A stretch of 64,000 nucleotides of DNA from Patescibacteria group bacterium (GTDB lineage Bacteria; Patescibacteriota; Patescibacteriia; JAQUQO01): positions 320,942 to 384,941 of the forward strand of contig JAQUQO010000001.1 of the NCBI GenBank assembly GCA_028716045.1, read 5' to 3'. This document shows, in pieces, positions 48,134 through 58,957 of this stretch (positions are counted from its first letter, which is position 1; every line of letters starts with the position of its first letter). Both the position numbers and the translations under genes were made by a program. The notes under the pieces are model-generated. The model did not search any database. It was not told the origin of the DNA and worked only from the letters and a program-made list of their open reading frames with translations.

Positions 48134-48195
48134 ATCTAAGATTGCAAAGCCGTGTAAATAACACGGCTTTTTTAATCTTTATAATTTTTTATATT

Positions 48196-51100
48196 TTAAT
48201 AAAATCCCGTATCTATATCATCCATAATATCCTTGCCTTTTTCTCCCGAATCTACTTTCGGTTCTTGCTGAGCATCTTTAATCTCTGCTGGAGCCGGGGG
48301 AATTTCTTTTTTTATTTCTGGACTCGCTGCCGGTCTTGATAGTGGAACTTCCGGGGCTGGCGGGGCTGAAATCCCCATTCCTTCTGTTGATTTCTCTAAG
48401 GGCATATCCAGGGTAATCGCGCCGGCTTTTTCTTTGGCTAAATCAATCGGTGAAGATTTATATGATTTGTAATCCTCTCTTTCGGAAGTAAGATAATAAA
48501 CGTTCGGGCCAACCAAGAACCCGTATCGGCCGGCGGAATCAGTAACTTGAGCCGCTAGTAATTTATTGAATTGAATATCAAAAATGCGAACCACGGCTTT
48601 GCCCAAAGGTTTTTTCGTCCCCTTATCATAAACAATACCCCAACCCTTTGGTTTTGAAGGATAAGCCAAGCGGCGGAACAAGAAATAAAGCATAAAATGA
48701 AGCGCCACCAAAATTCCCATCAGTAGTTTAGGCACAATGGCAAAGGTGACAATTGACAAGCCCAATCCGGAAAGCGAAATGCCATTTTGCACCCGACGAC
48801 CGACGGCCAAAGCTAAAATCTTTCTGTTCGGCTTGTCTTCTTTCACCGGGTCAAGCGGGATATTGGCGGTAATAACAGCTCCGCTTGCTTCTACTTTTAT
48901 GTTTTCCCCGTGGTATAAATCAAGGAACGCCATATCCTCTTTTTTCTCTCCCAACAATGACGTGGGATATTTAAATTCCACTTTTTTCACCTCTATCCGA
49001 TAAGTCCCCGCTTCTTTAATTATCAGATTATAACGCCCTTGTTTGTCGGTAATTTGCGTCTGAACTAAAGTTCCGTTTTGGACATTAATCAAGCGGACAA
49101 TAGCCAAATCAATCGGCTCCTTGGAAATAGAATTATACACCGTCCCCCAGCCCTTCCTCTTGCGACGCGATAATAATCTAAAAGGTTCGGTGAAAATAAA
49201 CTGTAAATAAGGAATGAGATACACAAAAGAGATAGCCGTGGAAGCATTAACCGCCACCACCGCCACTAAAGTCGGGGCGACGTAATTTTGAGCGGCTTTT
49301 TCCACCTGCGGGTCATCAGCCAGCTCTCCCACGGTATTAACTATAACTTCAACTGTTCCCACAAGGGAATTGAGGAAATCCGCAACCGGTGATTCCACTA
49401 TGTCCTCTTCGTTATTGTCATCAATACTCAAACACCCCGCGTCAGCCGGATAATCCGTCTGACCATCTCCATCATTATCCGCCCCGTCAAAACAAGCAGG
49501 GAGAGAAACGGTGAATTCTTCTACGTTGGAGATTATTTTGTATTCCTTGGCTATCTCATCATAAACTCTGACGTAAGATTTATGCGCTCCCGGAGGCAAA
49601 GAAATTTTTATATTTTCCGCCCATTCCTCGTTCTGCGGCGTAAATTCATACTTGTAAATCTCGCTCTCCACGACTAATTCATATGTTTTGCCAATTTCGG
49701 CATTATGCATAATAACGGTAATGCCAGCATCCATTAATTTGCTTTCCGCGGACACTTTGCCTTGCCGCACCTCACTAAGTTTAACTCCCTCCAAGCGAGC
49801 GGCTATTTCTTTGATATTTATTTCACCAATAGTCACTCTTATTATCGTATCTCTTATTTTCTCGCCGATTTCTTCTTCCTGCTCCTCTTTTATTTCTTCC
49901 GCTGTTTTCTCTGTTACTTTAAACTCAAACAAAGAAGAATAAACTTCTCCCACTTTCACTCTTAAAGTATGCGCCCCAAATAATAATTCATCCGTTAAAG
50001 TATAGCTGAAAAAACCTTCGCTGTTAGCTTTCGTGCTGTCCAGATATTCTCCGTCCAAATAAATATCCACTGCGCCGTTGCTGACATAAGCGTTACCCCT
50101 GATAGTCGGCGCTGTGTCAGTAATTTCGGAATTGTCCCCGGGATATGTGATAACCGGTGGTTTTTGTTCTGCTTTTTTATATAATCCAAAATACGCCGAA
50201 CCCTTGCCGCCGCGTTCCAAATCCACGGTTACCATTTCCGAAGTAGTCAGAGTGTATCCGGAAGGCAAAACCAGAGAATATTTCCCTTTTTCTATCTTTC
50301 CGATTTTAACAAAATGTTTTCCCGCTCTTCTGCCATCCACCGTAGAATGCCCCCCTGCCACGGAACTCACGGAATACACATTAACTTCTGTTTCCTGCGG
50401 ACCACTCAAAGCCCCGTCTCCATTCAAATCATAATAAACGAGCGTTCTGATTCCTTGCACACCCTTCTCGCCCTTGTCATATTGGCCATTATTGTTGCCG
50501 TCAAAAAAAGTAAAAATATCAATGGCGCCGGCGCTGACCGGATTTAAAAGGGTGTTGGAGGTAGCAGATTTATTTTCTCCGTTTTGCGTATATTCGGCTT
50601 TAGCCACATTAGAAATAGTATGGGGCACACTTTGCTTTACCTCATCAGGCGAAACTTTAAAGGGTAATGTCAGATAACCTGACTGACCGGCTTTTACTTC
50701 TCCCAAATTAAATATTATTTCGCAAGAGCTGGTCTCCTCTTCCCCTGCACATTTTAGAAAATCTTCCAACCGGCCAACCGACTCGCTATTTTTCTTCAAA
50801 TAACCGTCGTCAAAAATAACTGAATCTATTTTATCTTTTATAACTACGTTTTTCAGATCGTCTTTCGTTTGATTGATATAATCAATCTGATAAACAATAC
50901 TGTCTTCCGGCTGCACTGCCACGCCATTGCCGGCGTAATTTTCCACTTTTATTGAAGCATCATTTAATCCGGCCATGGTAGCCATCATCGCCACTTTCAC
51001 TATTCCCAAAACAACTGCCATTGCTAAAGTGGAATAGGCCTTTCTCTCAAATCTTATTCTCACCATGGAACGCGCGGCTCGATTCCACAAAACCAGATGA

Positions 51101-54100
51101 TAGCTTAAAATAACCAAAGAAATCAAAATAAAAAAAGACATCACCGCTGAAAAATTTCTAAGATACTTTAGATTCTCCAGCGGCTGGATTTTTGTTCCGA
51201 TATTTAAAGAGGAGCTTAAAACCGCGGAGCCCTTCACTTCTCCCTGCCCCGGTTCCTTAATGACCGCTGTTTTAATAAGCGTGAAAGACGGGGGCAAGGT
51301 TTTGGCCGTGAGCGCTTCTGACCAGGGCGTGTCAACTCCTCCGCCATTTCGTCCCCTGGCGCGAATAGTATAAGAAGTGTCGGGTTTTAAATTGCCAAAG
51401 GTAAAACTATTTTGTCCGGCGGCGAATTCCGAAGCCAGCGGTGTTCCGTCTTCCGGAATTCTATCTCCCTCGTAGATTTCAAAAGTCACTCCCGCTTGCT
51501 CCCAATCCGTCCCGACCGGGAAAGAATAATTATCCACGCTCGCCCATAAAGAAGTAGTGAGCGCCGCCTGCAAGGTCGGCTTAGACGGCGGTTCAGCTAA
51601 AGTCCAAACAGCGGGACAAACCGCGCAATCTCCCGAATAAGCATTGGTTATTTTATTTTTTACGCAAACCTTGCGGCCATCAAGTTTAGTATTATATTTT
51701 AATCCTTCCTTCGAACTCTCCTCGTAAAAGCCAAAATATTCCTGCGTAAAATACGCATAAACAGTGGACTCCTTCGCCGGAATCCAGGACTTTAAATACT
51801 GGTCGGTATTGTAAACAGCCGTCAAATATCCGGACCAAGGAGTGGTGTACCCGGAAGAAACCACATCCACCATTTTGTCAGAGGTCACAAAAGGAACAAA
51901 TTCCAGATTATCCCTGTCGGATTCGTTCAAAAAATCAATGGGAAAATCCACCACCCAAATAATAGCATGCCCTTCTCTGCCCCCATAAGAACTGGCGTCA
52001 AATCCTCCGAAGCCGCGGCAATTGGTCGCGTTAACCATAAACCCGGCCGCGATATCTTCGGCATAATTTAAAGTGACATTATAAATTATGGGCGTATCCG
52101 TATCCGGCGTTAATACGGCCTTCCATCTCAAATCGCTTCCGCTGGTGGCAAAAACGTATTCCACCCCATTCGTCACCGCCACCCAAGTGGTCCCGCCATC
52201 ATTGCTTAAATAATAGGCAATAGTGGAAGCGCCCGGCAGATAATGTTCGGCCGTTAAGGTGGCTCTTAAGATATTTCTCCCAGGATTGGCCATGGCAACG
52301 GATTGAGCGATATAAGTGCCGGCGGTTTGAGTTAATTGCGGAGTGAAAATAAAGGAATCGCCCGAAGAATAAGCGACCAGCAGTTCTTTCATGGAGTCGC
52401 GATTAATGTCATGGGCGAAAACCGCGGAGGAAGGTGCGGCGCTTAATAATTCCACGGTAAAATCGCCCCGACCGTCGTTCCGGTAAATATATGTTCCTGC
52501 GGCGCCACCAACTAAATATAAATCAACATCTCCGTCATTATCCAAATCATCGCCCCGGAAAATTCCCGTCGTGCCCAATGACTGTTTAGTAAATGAGCCT
52601 TGGCCATTATTCCAATAGATGGCGGAGTTTATATCGGAATTAGAAACGACGACGTCTTTCCAGCTATCGCCGTTTAAATCGGCGGAAACTATATTATCTG
52701 TGCTGCCTTCTCCGAATTGGCTTTCCCGTATAAATGTTCCGCTGCCATTATTCCTGTATAAAAAATTCTGCTGGCTTACTCTATCACCCACCAAAATATC
52801 CACGTCTCCGTCATTATCTATGTCATCCGTGTATCCCTGAAGCGTGTTCTCCCACGCCAAACCCAAATCTTCCTGAATAAAAGTTGAACCATCGCCGTTG
52901 TTTCTAAAAATAAAATTCTGGCCGTTTTCAAAAATAATAATATCCTGGTCGCCATCCCCTTCCACGTCCGCCGGCCAAAGCTGTCTTTCATTACCAATAC
53001 TTACTATTTGGGTTATAGTGCTGAAATTGCCCGCGCCGTCATTGAAATAAACGCAATCCCAGCCGTTATCAGCCCCCACTAAAATATCCAGATACCCGTC
53101 GCCGTTAAAATCAGCCGCGCCATCAATATCATTATTGGCGCAAGAAACATTGGTAAAGGGAGCGGTGGCCGTAAATCCCCCACCACCATCGCCCAGATAG
53201 ATTTTACTGCTGGTGGCGGCATCGGCTCCGGACAGCACCGCCAAATCTTCATAACCATCATAATTCACATCCCCCAAAGGCATTATTTTTGAAGTCTGCG
53301 CGGGGAAATTGGCTCCGCCGTAAAGTTGCGCCCAACCGCCATCGGCGTCATTATTATGAAGATTATTTTCATAAATATAATTTTGGTCATCGGCATCGGC
53401 GCAAGTTCCGCCGATACAAGAAAAATAATGAATGATATCCTCATCGCCGTCTTTATCTATATCCGCAGCCGCCAAGTTATCCGCCTTATCAACATTAGCT
53501 GACCCACTGGCGAAATATCCGGTTTCTTCCGTAAAAGTCCCGCTGCCCTTATTGCGCAACAGGCCGTTGATGCCCACGCCGCTCGCTATGACCGCCAAAT
53601 CCATATCACCGTCCAAATCGGCGTCAACGTCAATCATTTTGGCGTAATTAAAACTAAAAGCGGCATTGGCCGTAAAAGTTCCTTGCCCGTTATTTTGATA
53701 TAAAAATAAACTCGCGCCATTTGAAGCAATGATGTCCTCATCTCCGTCATTATCAAAATCATTAACCACCAAACTATCGTTGCCGCTACCGGCCGCATAA
53801 GCCAAAGTGCTCGCCAAAGTAAAGGCGCCCGTCCCATCATTAGTATAAATTTTCGCGCCAACGCCGTTATCGCAAACAATGACGTCCATGTCTCCGTCAA
53901 CGTCAACGTCAACGGCTTTAATGGTCCGAGTGTCGCCAGCGTTGAAAGTGTCACTGGAAGTGAACGTGCCATCACCGTCATTGAGCCAGAGTTTATCCTG
54001 CGCGGCGGTTCCTTCCAAGATATCAACATCGCCGTCCTTATTAACATCGGCCGCGTCCAAAGATTGGGTATTGCTGGCACCAAATCCCGAGTATTCGCTG

Positions 54101-57100
54101 GCCGCGCCAAAAGTTCCGCTGCCATTATTCAAATAATAATAATTTTGACCATTGTTGCCTTGAATAATATCCTTATCACCATCCTCGTCTAAATCCACGG
54201 CTAAAAGCGTATTGGTATTTCTGCTCGTGCCGCCGTCGGGAAAAGGAGTTGATTCTGTAAAAGTTCCGCTGCCATTGTTCTTGTATAAATACATTGGGTT
54301 GCCATAATTGCCCGCTACAATATCCTGATCTCCATCAGTATCAATATCAACGGACAGAATAAAGGAGGTGTCATTGGCCGCGGCCGCCGGACTTAAAGCG
54401 GCGCTGCCGACAGCGAAAGTATTGGTCGCTGGCGCCCGAATCACCTCTCCGACAGCGCTCCATTCGGTCGTAGTGGTGGCGCTATCGCGCCAAACTGTGG
54501 TGTCAAAAGTATCAGTAATGCTTCCCCTGATGGCGGTAAAAGAAAAAGTGGCGCTATAAGCTGTGCCGCCGTTTTCATCAACGCCCGCCACCCTCCAATA
54601 ATAAGTCGTCTTGGGGGTTAAAGTATATTTCGCGGGTAAGGTGAAAGAAGCCGTATCTCCGGAATTATAAAAATTGACCTGCGACCATCCCAGAGAATCA
54701 TCTTTGACATACCAGATATTGTCTTCTTTTTGGTAAAAAGTTAAAACATCTTTGTTAAACGATGAATCCGCGGCGATTTCCAAAATATAATGCAGAGTAT
54801 CACTATCCGTATCCGTAGTGGAAAATTCAAAAGTGGGGTTTAAAGAAACTCCGGTCGCTCCGTCAGCCGGCGCGGTTAAAGAGGGTGTCCCGGGGTTGGT
54901 GTTGCCGTAAGTTATGGAAATATCAGAAATTGACGCCGAATAAGCGACATCCGTGGTGGCTAATATCGCCTTCCATCTTAAATCTGAACCAGTGGTTGTA
55001 AAAGTATGCGCTACTCCGGAAGTGGCCGCCTCCCAAGTTCTGCCGCCATTGTTGGATAAATAATAAGTGACAGAAGTGTTGGTCGGAGTAGTGGCCGTGG
55101 CTGTAAGAGTAGCCACATTTATATTTTCCACCGTGCTATCAACTATCTTGGATAGTATTGTGCTGTTATTATATTTATAAGAAAAGCTCTGCTCTAATTC
55201 GCCATAACCGCTCAAAAATATTTTTTTATCAACGTCATAATTAGGAGAGACAACTAAGGACTTATAATTAACGTCAGCCAGAGAGCTTCTGCTTTTCCAA
55301 ATTAAATCAATTGAAGTATCGTCGGTAAAAATAGTGTCCGAACTGTTGTGGGAAACTCCGCGCAAATCCAGATAACCATTATTATCCATATCGATAAGAC
55401 AGATGCTTGCGTCCGGACCGTAATCACTGGCTGGCTCGCCCGGGTCATAGGTGTAATCCGCGGTAGTGTTAAAAGTAGGGGCTCCATAATAGGCATAAAA
55501 CTTTCCGCGATGAAAAGTTTCTCCCGCTGACGCCCGATAATCCGGAGCCGCCACGACGACATCATCATAACCATCTTTATCTACATCGGCTGCTTCTACT
55601 AATTCGCCAAAATCGCTGCCGCTATCGTCAGCAGAATCATTGATAGTGCTATTGGCAGAAACGGTTGTCAGAGTGGATGCCAGTGAAGCGCTGCCGTTAA
55701 AAACATAAACACGCCCATCGCCGTCGCCAGCAGCACGAGAAGCTCCCACCACAATATCGTTATACCCATCGCCATTCACATCACCGGCAAGGGATAAATC
55801 TATGCCAAAAACATCACCAGCATCACCGGTTAAGGTGACGTCAGCCGTTGTATCAAAAGATTTTCCGCCGTAATAAATATAAACCCGCCCGGTATTAGCG
55901 CTGTAACTGGGCGCGCTAATCGCCAAATCATCAAACCCGTCGCCATTAACATCACCGGCACTCACCGCCGCTCCAAAAAGGTCGCCAGCCGCCGCGCCGG
56001 ACAAAGCATAATCATACACGTCATTAAAAAGTTTTCCCCCAAAATAAATCACCACTCCGCCCTGATTAGCTCCCTCTCCATTATTGTAGGTATATATACC
56101 TACAATAATATCTTTAAAACCATCGCCATTGATATCGGCAATAGTCACGCCATTATCACTGATTGTTTCAGCCGTAACATCCACATCGTCTAACGTATAA
56201 TCAACCACTGTATTAAACGTACTGCCGCCCAATAATACTTCAAGATTGGCGCCGTTTTTATCTAGCACATCCGCATAACCATCACCGTTAATATCGCCTC
56301 CGGCATAGATATTATTAAGCGTGTAATCTGCCGTGTTATCAATTCCGGCGGTGGCATTTAAAAATATACTCGTGGCATTAGCCAAATCCTCCAAACCGTC
56401 ACCGTTAATATCGCCCAAATTAACCCCTCTCTTTTGCTCCGCGTAAGAAGAGCCAAAAGCGCTGGGCATTAAATTCCAATTCTTAGCCGTGCCGCTATTA
56501 GAACTCACATATATTTGCGGAGTATCATTAAAACCTGCCCAAATACGTTTGTCACTGCCGCTATAATTATAATCTGGGGAAATGGCTATAGTCCGCAGGA
56601 TCTCTGTCATTCCTGTCGGCGTTATATCTGAAGCTCCCCCTTCAAAACGGTCCACTGTCATATATAAACTGACAGTGGTGTTGCTCCAAACCCAAGCCAC
56701 GCATTTTTCCGGATTGGCAACGCAATTAGCGGTTCCATCAAATTGCGGAGCTAATAACAAATGGTCCCAGCTCCCTCCGGGAATCACCGCCCAGCTAGTA
56801 CCACCATCTATTGTTACTAGACGGGCGCCGGTAGTGGTGGCAAGAACCTCGCTATCAGTTGCGAAGTTTGGGGATATTTTTATATCTGTCACTTCATTTA
56901 CCACATTTGTTCCCGCGTCAAAAGTGGCTCCGGAATCGATGGATTCGTAAATTTTACCGCCGGCCGTGCCTAAAAATAAATTTGCGGAATTTGCCGGGGA
57001 AATAGCAATGACAGTAATGCGATCATACGTTGTGCCAACGGGAGCACAGGAAATAGTGGAGGCCGTCTGGGCCCAAGTAGCACCGCCATCAGTGCTTTTA

Positions 57101-58863
57101 TAAAATTTACAGGCAGTGGCGTTGATTCCCCATTCACCGGCGTAAATAGTACTATCAGTAATATAATTAGGAGAAAGTTGATAAGCGGAAATATAAGAAG
57201 TGGCGGCGGTGATTCTCGTCCAAGTTATTCCGCCATCGGTTGATTTATAAATAAAACCATTGCAGATATTTTCTCCGGCCACATCACCCTCTTGGGAGCA
57301 GGCAAATATCGTGTTGTCACTGGCAAAATTCGGAGATACTTGAACATCTATTAAATCCCCGAGCGATAGACCAGTTAGATAAGAAACTGTCCATACTCCT
57401 CCGCTATTAACGGCTTTTTGCAACCCCTGCCCAAGGGTGCTCATTATTATAGTGCCATCAGTAGTATAATTAGGTGACATGTCTCCATCGGTCACTTTCC
57501 TCATTGTTCCATCGGTTGTAAGGTCAGCTATTTGCGAACATTCCACGCCCAAAGCCAGACCCCCCCCATCATCAACACACTGCCAAGAACCCCAGTTTTG
57601 TATTTCCCAATGTTGGTTGAAATAATAAATCTCATCTTCGGCACTGTAAGCGGCGCTATTATACGCCGGAGAAATTTCTAAACCGTCCTGCGCCATGGCT
57701 GCTATATTTTTAGACCAAGCGCAAGCCGAAACATTTGGGTCATTACAAGTAGTGGTCTTAAACGTTTGGCCCGTATAAGTCGGCGCGCTTCCGCCGGAAA
57801 CGGCTAAAATCGTATTGTCAGTATTATAAGCCGGAGAAAATTCTATATCATTAATATATCCTTCACCCCCAGGAGTCGGGAGGGTTACGCCAGTATTTAT
57901 CTCCGTCAAAGTGCAGGTGGCGGCCGCGGCTGTACAATCGCCGGAACCAAAAAATCCGCTGCCTTCAGTTCCTACAATAATCGTGCCGTCAGTAGCGTAT
58001 GCCGGAGAAACTTTTAAAACAGTAATATCCCCCGCAGCGGTGGAAGCTACTGCCGCGTTACCATTATCCCAGGTGACACCCTTGTCATGGCTTTTATAAA
58101 TAGCTTGGCCGGTGGAACCGAAAAGAGTGCAGCCAGTTGGCGTCGTGACGCAATCGGCCGTAGTATCACTATAAGAAGTGGCAGGCATTAAAGCTAAAGC
58201 AACGGGGGCTGTAAAACTAGCCCAAGTTGAACCACCGTCAGTACTTTTATAATTGCCATAAGTAAGGGTCGTGTAATCCAAGACCAGAACAAAAATAGTT
58301 GAATCATTATCATAATCAGGCGACAGAGCATACAAACTAACAACTTTCCCGCTGACTATTTTAGTGGCGTTATCAATAGACCAACCACCGCCCGCTAAAG
58401 TATCGGTCCAAGTCGCACCCTTGTCCTCACTTTTATATAAACCGCCGTTAAATCTGACAAACATCGTGCAGTTTGCCGGGTTAGCTCCACAATTCGCTTC
58501 ATTTTCATTATAAGAAGGGCTTAAGGCGGGCGTATCAGGTGAGCTGGCCGTATCAAACCCGCTCCCTGAAATATCCCATAAACCATCACCTGCTAAAGAC
58601 GTTACCGTGCCGGCCGAAGAATTCCACGAGGCCGTAGAATGCGCCAAGTCCAAATTAGCGCCGGTAGAAAGGTTGTCGATGAAAGTGTACCCCGTAGCTT
58701 TGGCGTTTCTGTCCGTCCACAAGTTTATGCCGTAAATCAAAGACAATACCAAAGAAATAATAGCTAAAACCGAAACAAACCCAAAAAGTTTTCTGAGGCC
58801 GAAAAGGTCGCGGCAAAAATGTAAATACTGGCCAAAAAGTTTATTGGCTTTCCCTCGTTTCAT
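48196..58863 (-). CDS. giant (3555 aa) membrane-anchored surface protein with Asp-box and FG-GAP/VCBS beta-propellers, FN3/Ig-like and carboxypeptidase-regulatory-like domains
   Basis: N-terminal TM; repeated YKSxDGGxTW and GDxNGDGxxD / DxDxDGDxD motifs; internal and C-terminal TM segments. Confidence 0.9.
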   Translation of the reverse strand: MKRGKANKLFGQYLHFCRDLFGLRKLFGFVSVLAIISLVLSLIYGINLWTDRNAKATGYTFIDNLSTGANLDLAHSTASWNSSAGTVTSLAGDGLWDISGSGFDTASSPDTPALSPSYNENEANCGANPANCTMFVRFNGGLYKSEDKGATWTDTLAGGGWSIDNATKIVSGKVVSLYALSPDYDNDSTIFVLVLDYTTLTYGNYKSTDGGSTWASFTAPVALALMPATSYSDTTADCVTTPTGCTLFGSTGQAIYKSHDKGVTWDNGNAAVASTAAGDITVLKVSPAYATDGTIIVGTEGSGFFGSGDCTAAAATCTLTEINTGVTLPTPGGEGYINDIEFSPAYNTDNTILAVSGGSAPTYTGQTFKTTTCNDPNVSACAWSKNIAAMAQDGLEISPAYNSAAYSAEDEIYYFNQHWEIQNWGSWQCVDDGGGLALGVECSQIADLTTDGTMRKVTDGDMSPNYTTDGTIIMSTLGQGLQKAVNSGGVWTVSYLTGLSLGDLIDVQVSPNFASDNTIFACSQEGDVAGENICNGFIYKSTDGGITWTRITAATSYISAYQLSPNYITDSTIYAGEWGINATACKFYKSTDGGATWAQTASTISCAPVGTTYDRITVIAISPANSANLFLGTAGGKIYESIDSGATFDAGTNVVNEVTDIKISPNFATDSEVLATTTGARLVTIDGGTSWAVIPGGSWDHLLLAPQFDGTANCVANPEKCVAWVWSNTTVSLYMTVDRFEGGASDITPTGMTEILRTIAISPDYNYSGSDKRIWAGFNDTPQIYVSSNSGTAKNWNLMPSAFGSSYAEQKRGVNLGDINGDGLEDLANATSIFLNATAGIDNTADYTLNNIYAGGDINGDGYADVLDKNGANLEVLLGGSTFNTVVDYTLDDVDVTAETISDNGVTIADINGDGFKDIIVGIYTYNNGEGANQGGVVIYFGGKLFNDVYDYALSGAAAGDLFGAAVSAGDVNGDGFDDLAISAPSYSANTGRVYIYYGGKSFDTTADVTLTGDAGDVFGIDLSLAGDVNGDGYNDIVVGASRAAGDGDGRVYVFNGSASLASTLTTVSANSTINDSADDSGSDFGELVEAADVDKDGYDDVVVAAPDYRASAGETFHRGKFYAYYGAPTFNTTADYTYDPGEPASDYGPDASICLIDMDNNGYLDLRGVSHNSSDTIFTDDTSIDLIWKSRSSLADVNYKSLVVSPNYDVDKKIFLSGYGELEQSFSYKYNNSTILSKIVDSTVENINVATLTATATTPTNTSVTYYLSNNGGRTWEAATSGVAHTFTTTGSDLRWKAILATTDVAYSASISDISITYGNTNPGTPSLTAPADGATGVSLNPTFEFSTTDTDSDTLHYILEIAADSSFNKDVLTFYQKEDNIWYVKDDSLGWSQVNFYNSGDTASFTLPAKYTLTPKTTYYWRVAGVDENGGTAYSATFSFTAIRGSITDTFDTTVWRDSATTTTEWSAVGEVIRAPATNTFAVGSAALSPAAAANDTSFILSVDIDTDGDQDIVAGNYGNPMYLYKNNGSGTFTESTPFPDGGTSRNTNTLLAVDLDEDGDKDIIQGNNGQNYYYLNNGSGTFGAASEYSGFGASNTQSLDAADVNKDGDVDILEGTAAQDKLWLNDGDGTFTSSDTFNAGDTRTIKAVDVDVDGDMDVIVCDNGVGAKIYTNDGTGAFTLASTLAYAAGSGNDSLVVNDFDNDGDEDIIASNGASLFLYQNNGQGTFTANAAFSFNYAKMIDVDADLDGDMDLAVIASGVGINGLLRNKGSGTFTEETGYFASGSANVDKADNLAAADIDKDGDEDIIHYFSCIGGTCADADDQNYIYENNLHNNDADGGWAQLYGGANFPAQTSKIMPLGDVNYDGYEDLAVLSGADAATSSKIYLGDGGGGFTATAPFTNVSCANNDIDGAADFNGDGYLDILVGADNGWDCVYFNDGAGNFSTITQIVSIGNERQLWPADVEGDGDQDIIIFENGQNFIFRNNGDGSTFIQEDLGLAWENTLQGYTDDIDNDGDVDILVGDRVSQQNFLYRNNGSGTFIRESQFGEGSTDNIVSADLNGDSWKDVVVSNSDINSAIYWNNGQGSFTKQSLGTTGIFRGDDLDNDGDVDLYLVGGAAGTYIYRNDGRGDFTVELLSAAPSSAVFAHDINRDSMKELLVAYSSGDSFIFTPQLTQTAGTYIAQSVAMANPGRNILRATLTAEHYLPGASTIAYYLSNDGGTTWVAVTNGVEYVFATSGSDLRWKAVLTPDTDTPIIYNVTLNYAEDIAAGFMVNATNCRGFGGFDASSYGGREGHAIIWVVDFPIDFLNESDRDNLEFVPFVTSDKMVDVVSSGYTTPWSGYLTAVYNTDQYLKSWIPAKESTVYAYFTQEYFGFYEESSKEGLKYNTKLDGRKVCVKNKITNAYSGDCAVCPAVWTLAEPPSKPTLQAALTTSLWASVDNYSFPVGTDWEQAGVTFEIYEGDRIPEDGTPLASEFAAGQNSFTFGNLKPDTSYTIRARGRNGGGVDTPWSEALTAKTLPPSFTLIKTAVIKEPGQGEVKGSAVLSSSLNIGTKIQPLENLKYLRNFSAVMSFFILISLVILSYHLVLWNRAARSMVRIRFERKAYSTLAMAVVLGIVKVAMMATMAGLNDASIKVENYAGNGVAVQPEDSIVYQIDYINQTKDDLKNVVIKDKIDSVIFDDGYLKKNSESVGRLEDFLKCAGEEETSSCEIIFNLGEVKAGQSGYLTLPFKVSPDEVKQSVPHTISNVAKAEYTQNGENKSATSNTLLNPVSAGAIDIFTFFDGNNNGQYDKGEKGVQGIRTLVYYDLNGDGALSGPQETEVNVYSVSSVAGGHSTVDGRRAGKHFVKIGKIEKGKYSLVLPSGYTLTTSEMVTVDLERGGKGSAYFGLYKKAEQKPPVITYPGDNSEITDTAPTIRGNAYVSNGAVDIYLDGEYLDSTKANSEGFFSYTLTDELLFGAHTLRVKVGEVYSSLFEFKVTEKTAEEIKEEQEEEIGEKIRDTIIRVTIGEINIKEIAARLEGVKLSEVRQGKVSAESKLMDAGITVIMHNAEIGKTYELVVESEIYKYEFTPQNEEWAENIKISLPPGAHKSYVRVYDEIAKEYKIISNVEEFTVSLPACFDGADNDGDGQTDYPADAGCLSIDDNNEEDIVESPVADFLNSLVGTVEVIVNTVGELADDPQVEKAAQNYVAPTLVAVVAVNASTAISFVYLIPYLQFIFTEPFRLLSRRKRKGWGTVYNSISKEPIDLAIVRLINVQNGTLVQTQITDKQGRYNLIIKEAGTYRIEVKKVEFKYPTSLLGEKKEDMAFLDLYHGENIKVEASGAVITANIPLDPVKEDKPNRKILALAVGRRVQNGISLSGLGLSIVTFAIVPKLLMGILVALHFMLYFLFRRLAYPSKPKGWGIVYDKGTKKPLGKAVVRIFDIQFNKLLAAQVTDSAGRYGFLVGPNVYYLTSEREDYKSYKSSPIDLAKEKAGAITLDMPLEKSTEGMGISAPPAPEVPLSRPAASPEIKKEIPPAPAEIKDAQQEPKVDSGEKGKDIMDDIDTGFY

Positions 58864-58957
58864 ATAAAATATAATCTCTAACCATTATTGGATTATACAA
58901 TAAATCCTGAAAAATATCGCTGTGGATAAAAACTTCAAACAGTAAACTTAAAAAATT

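Noticed and set aside
48737-58099. Short ORFs antisense to or overlapping the giant gene, and similar ones over core genes
   Set aside because: Shadow frames with no independent signals or motifs.
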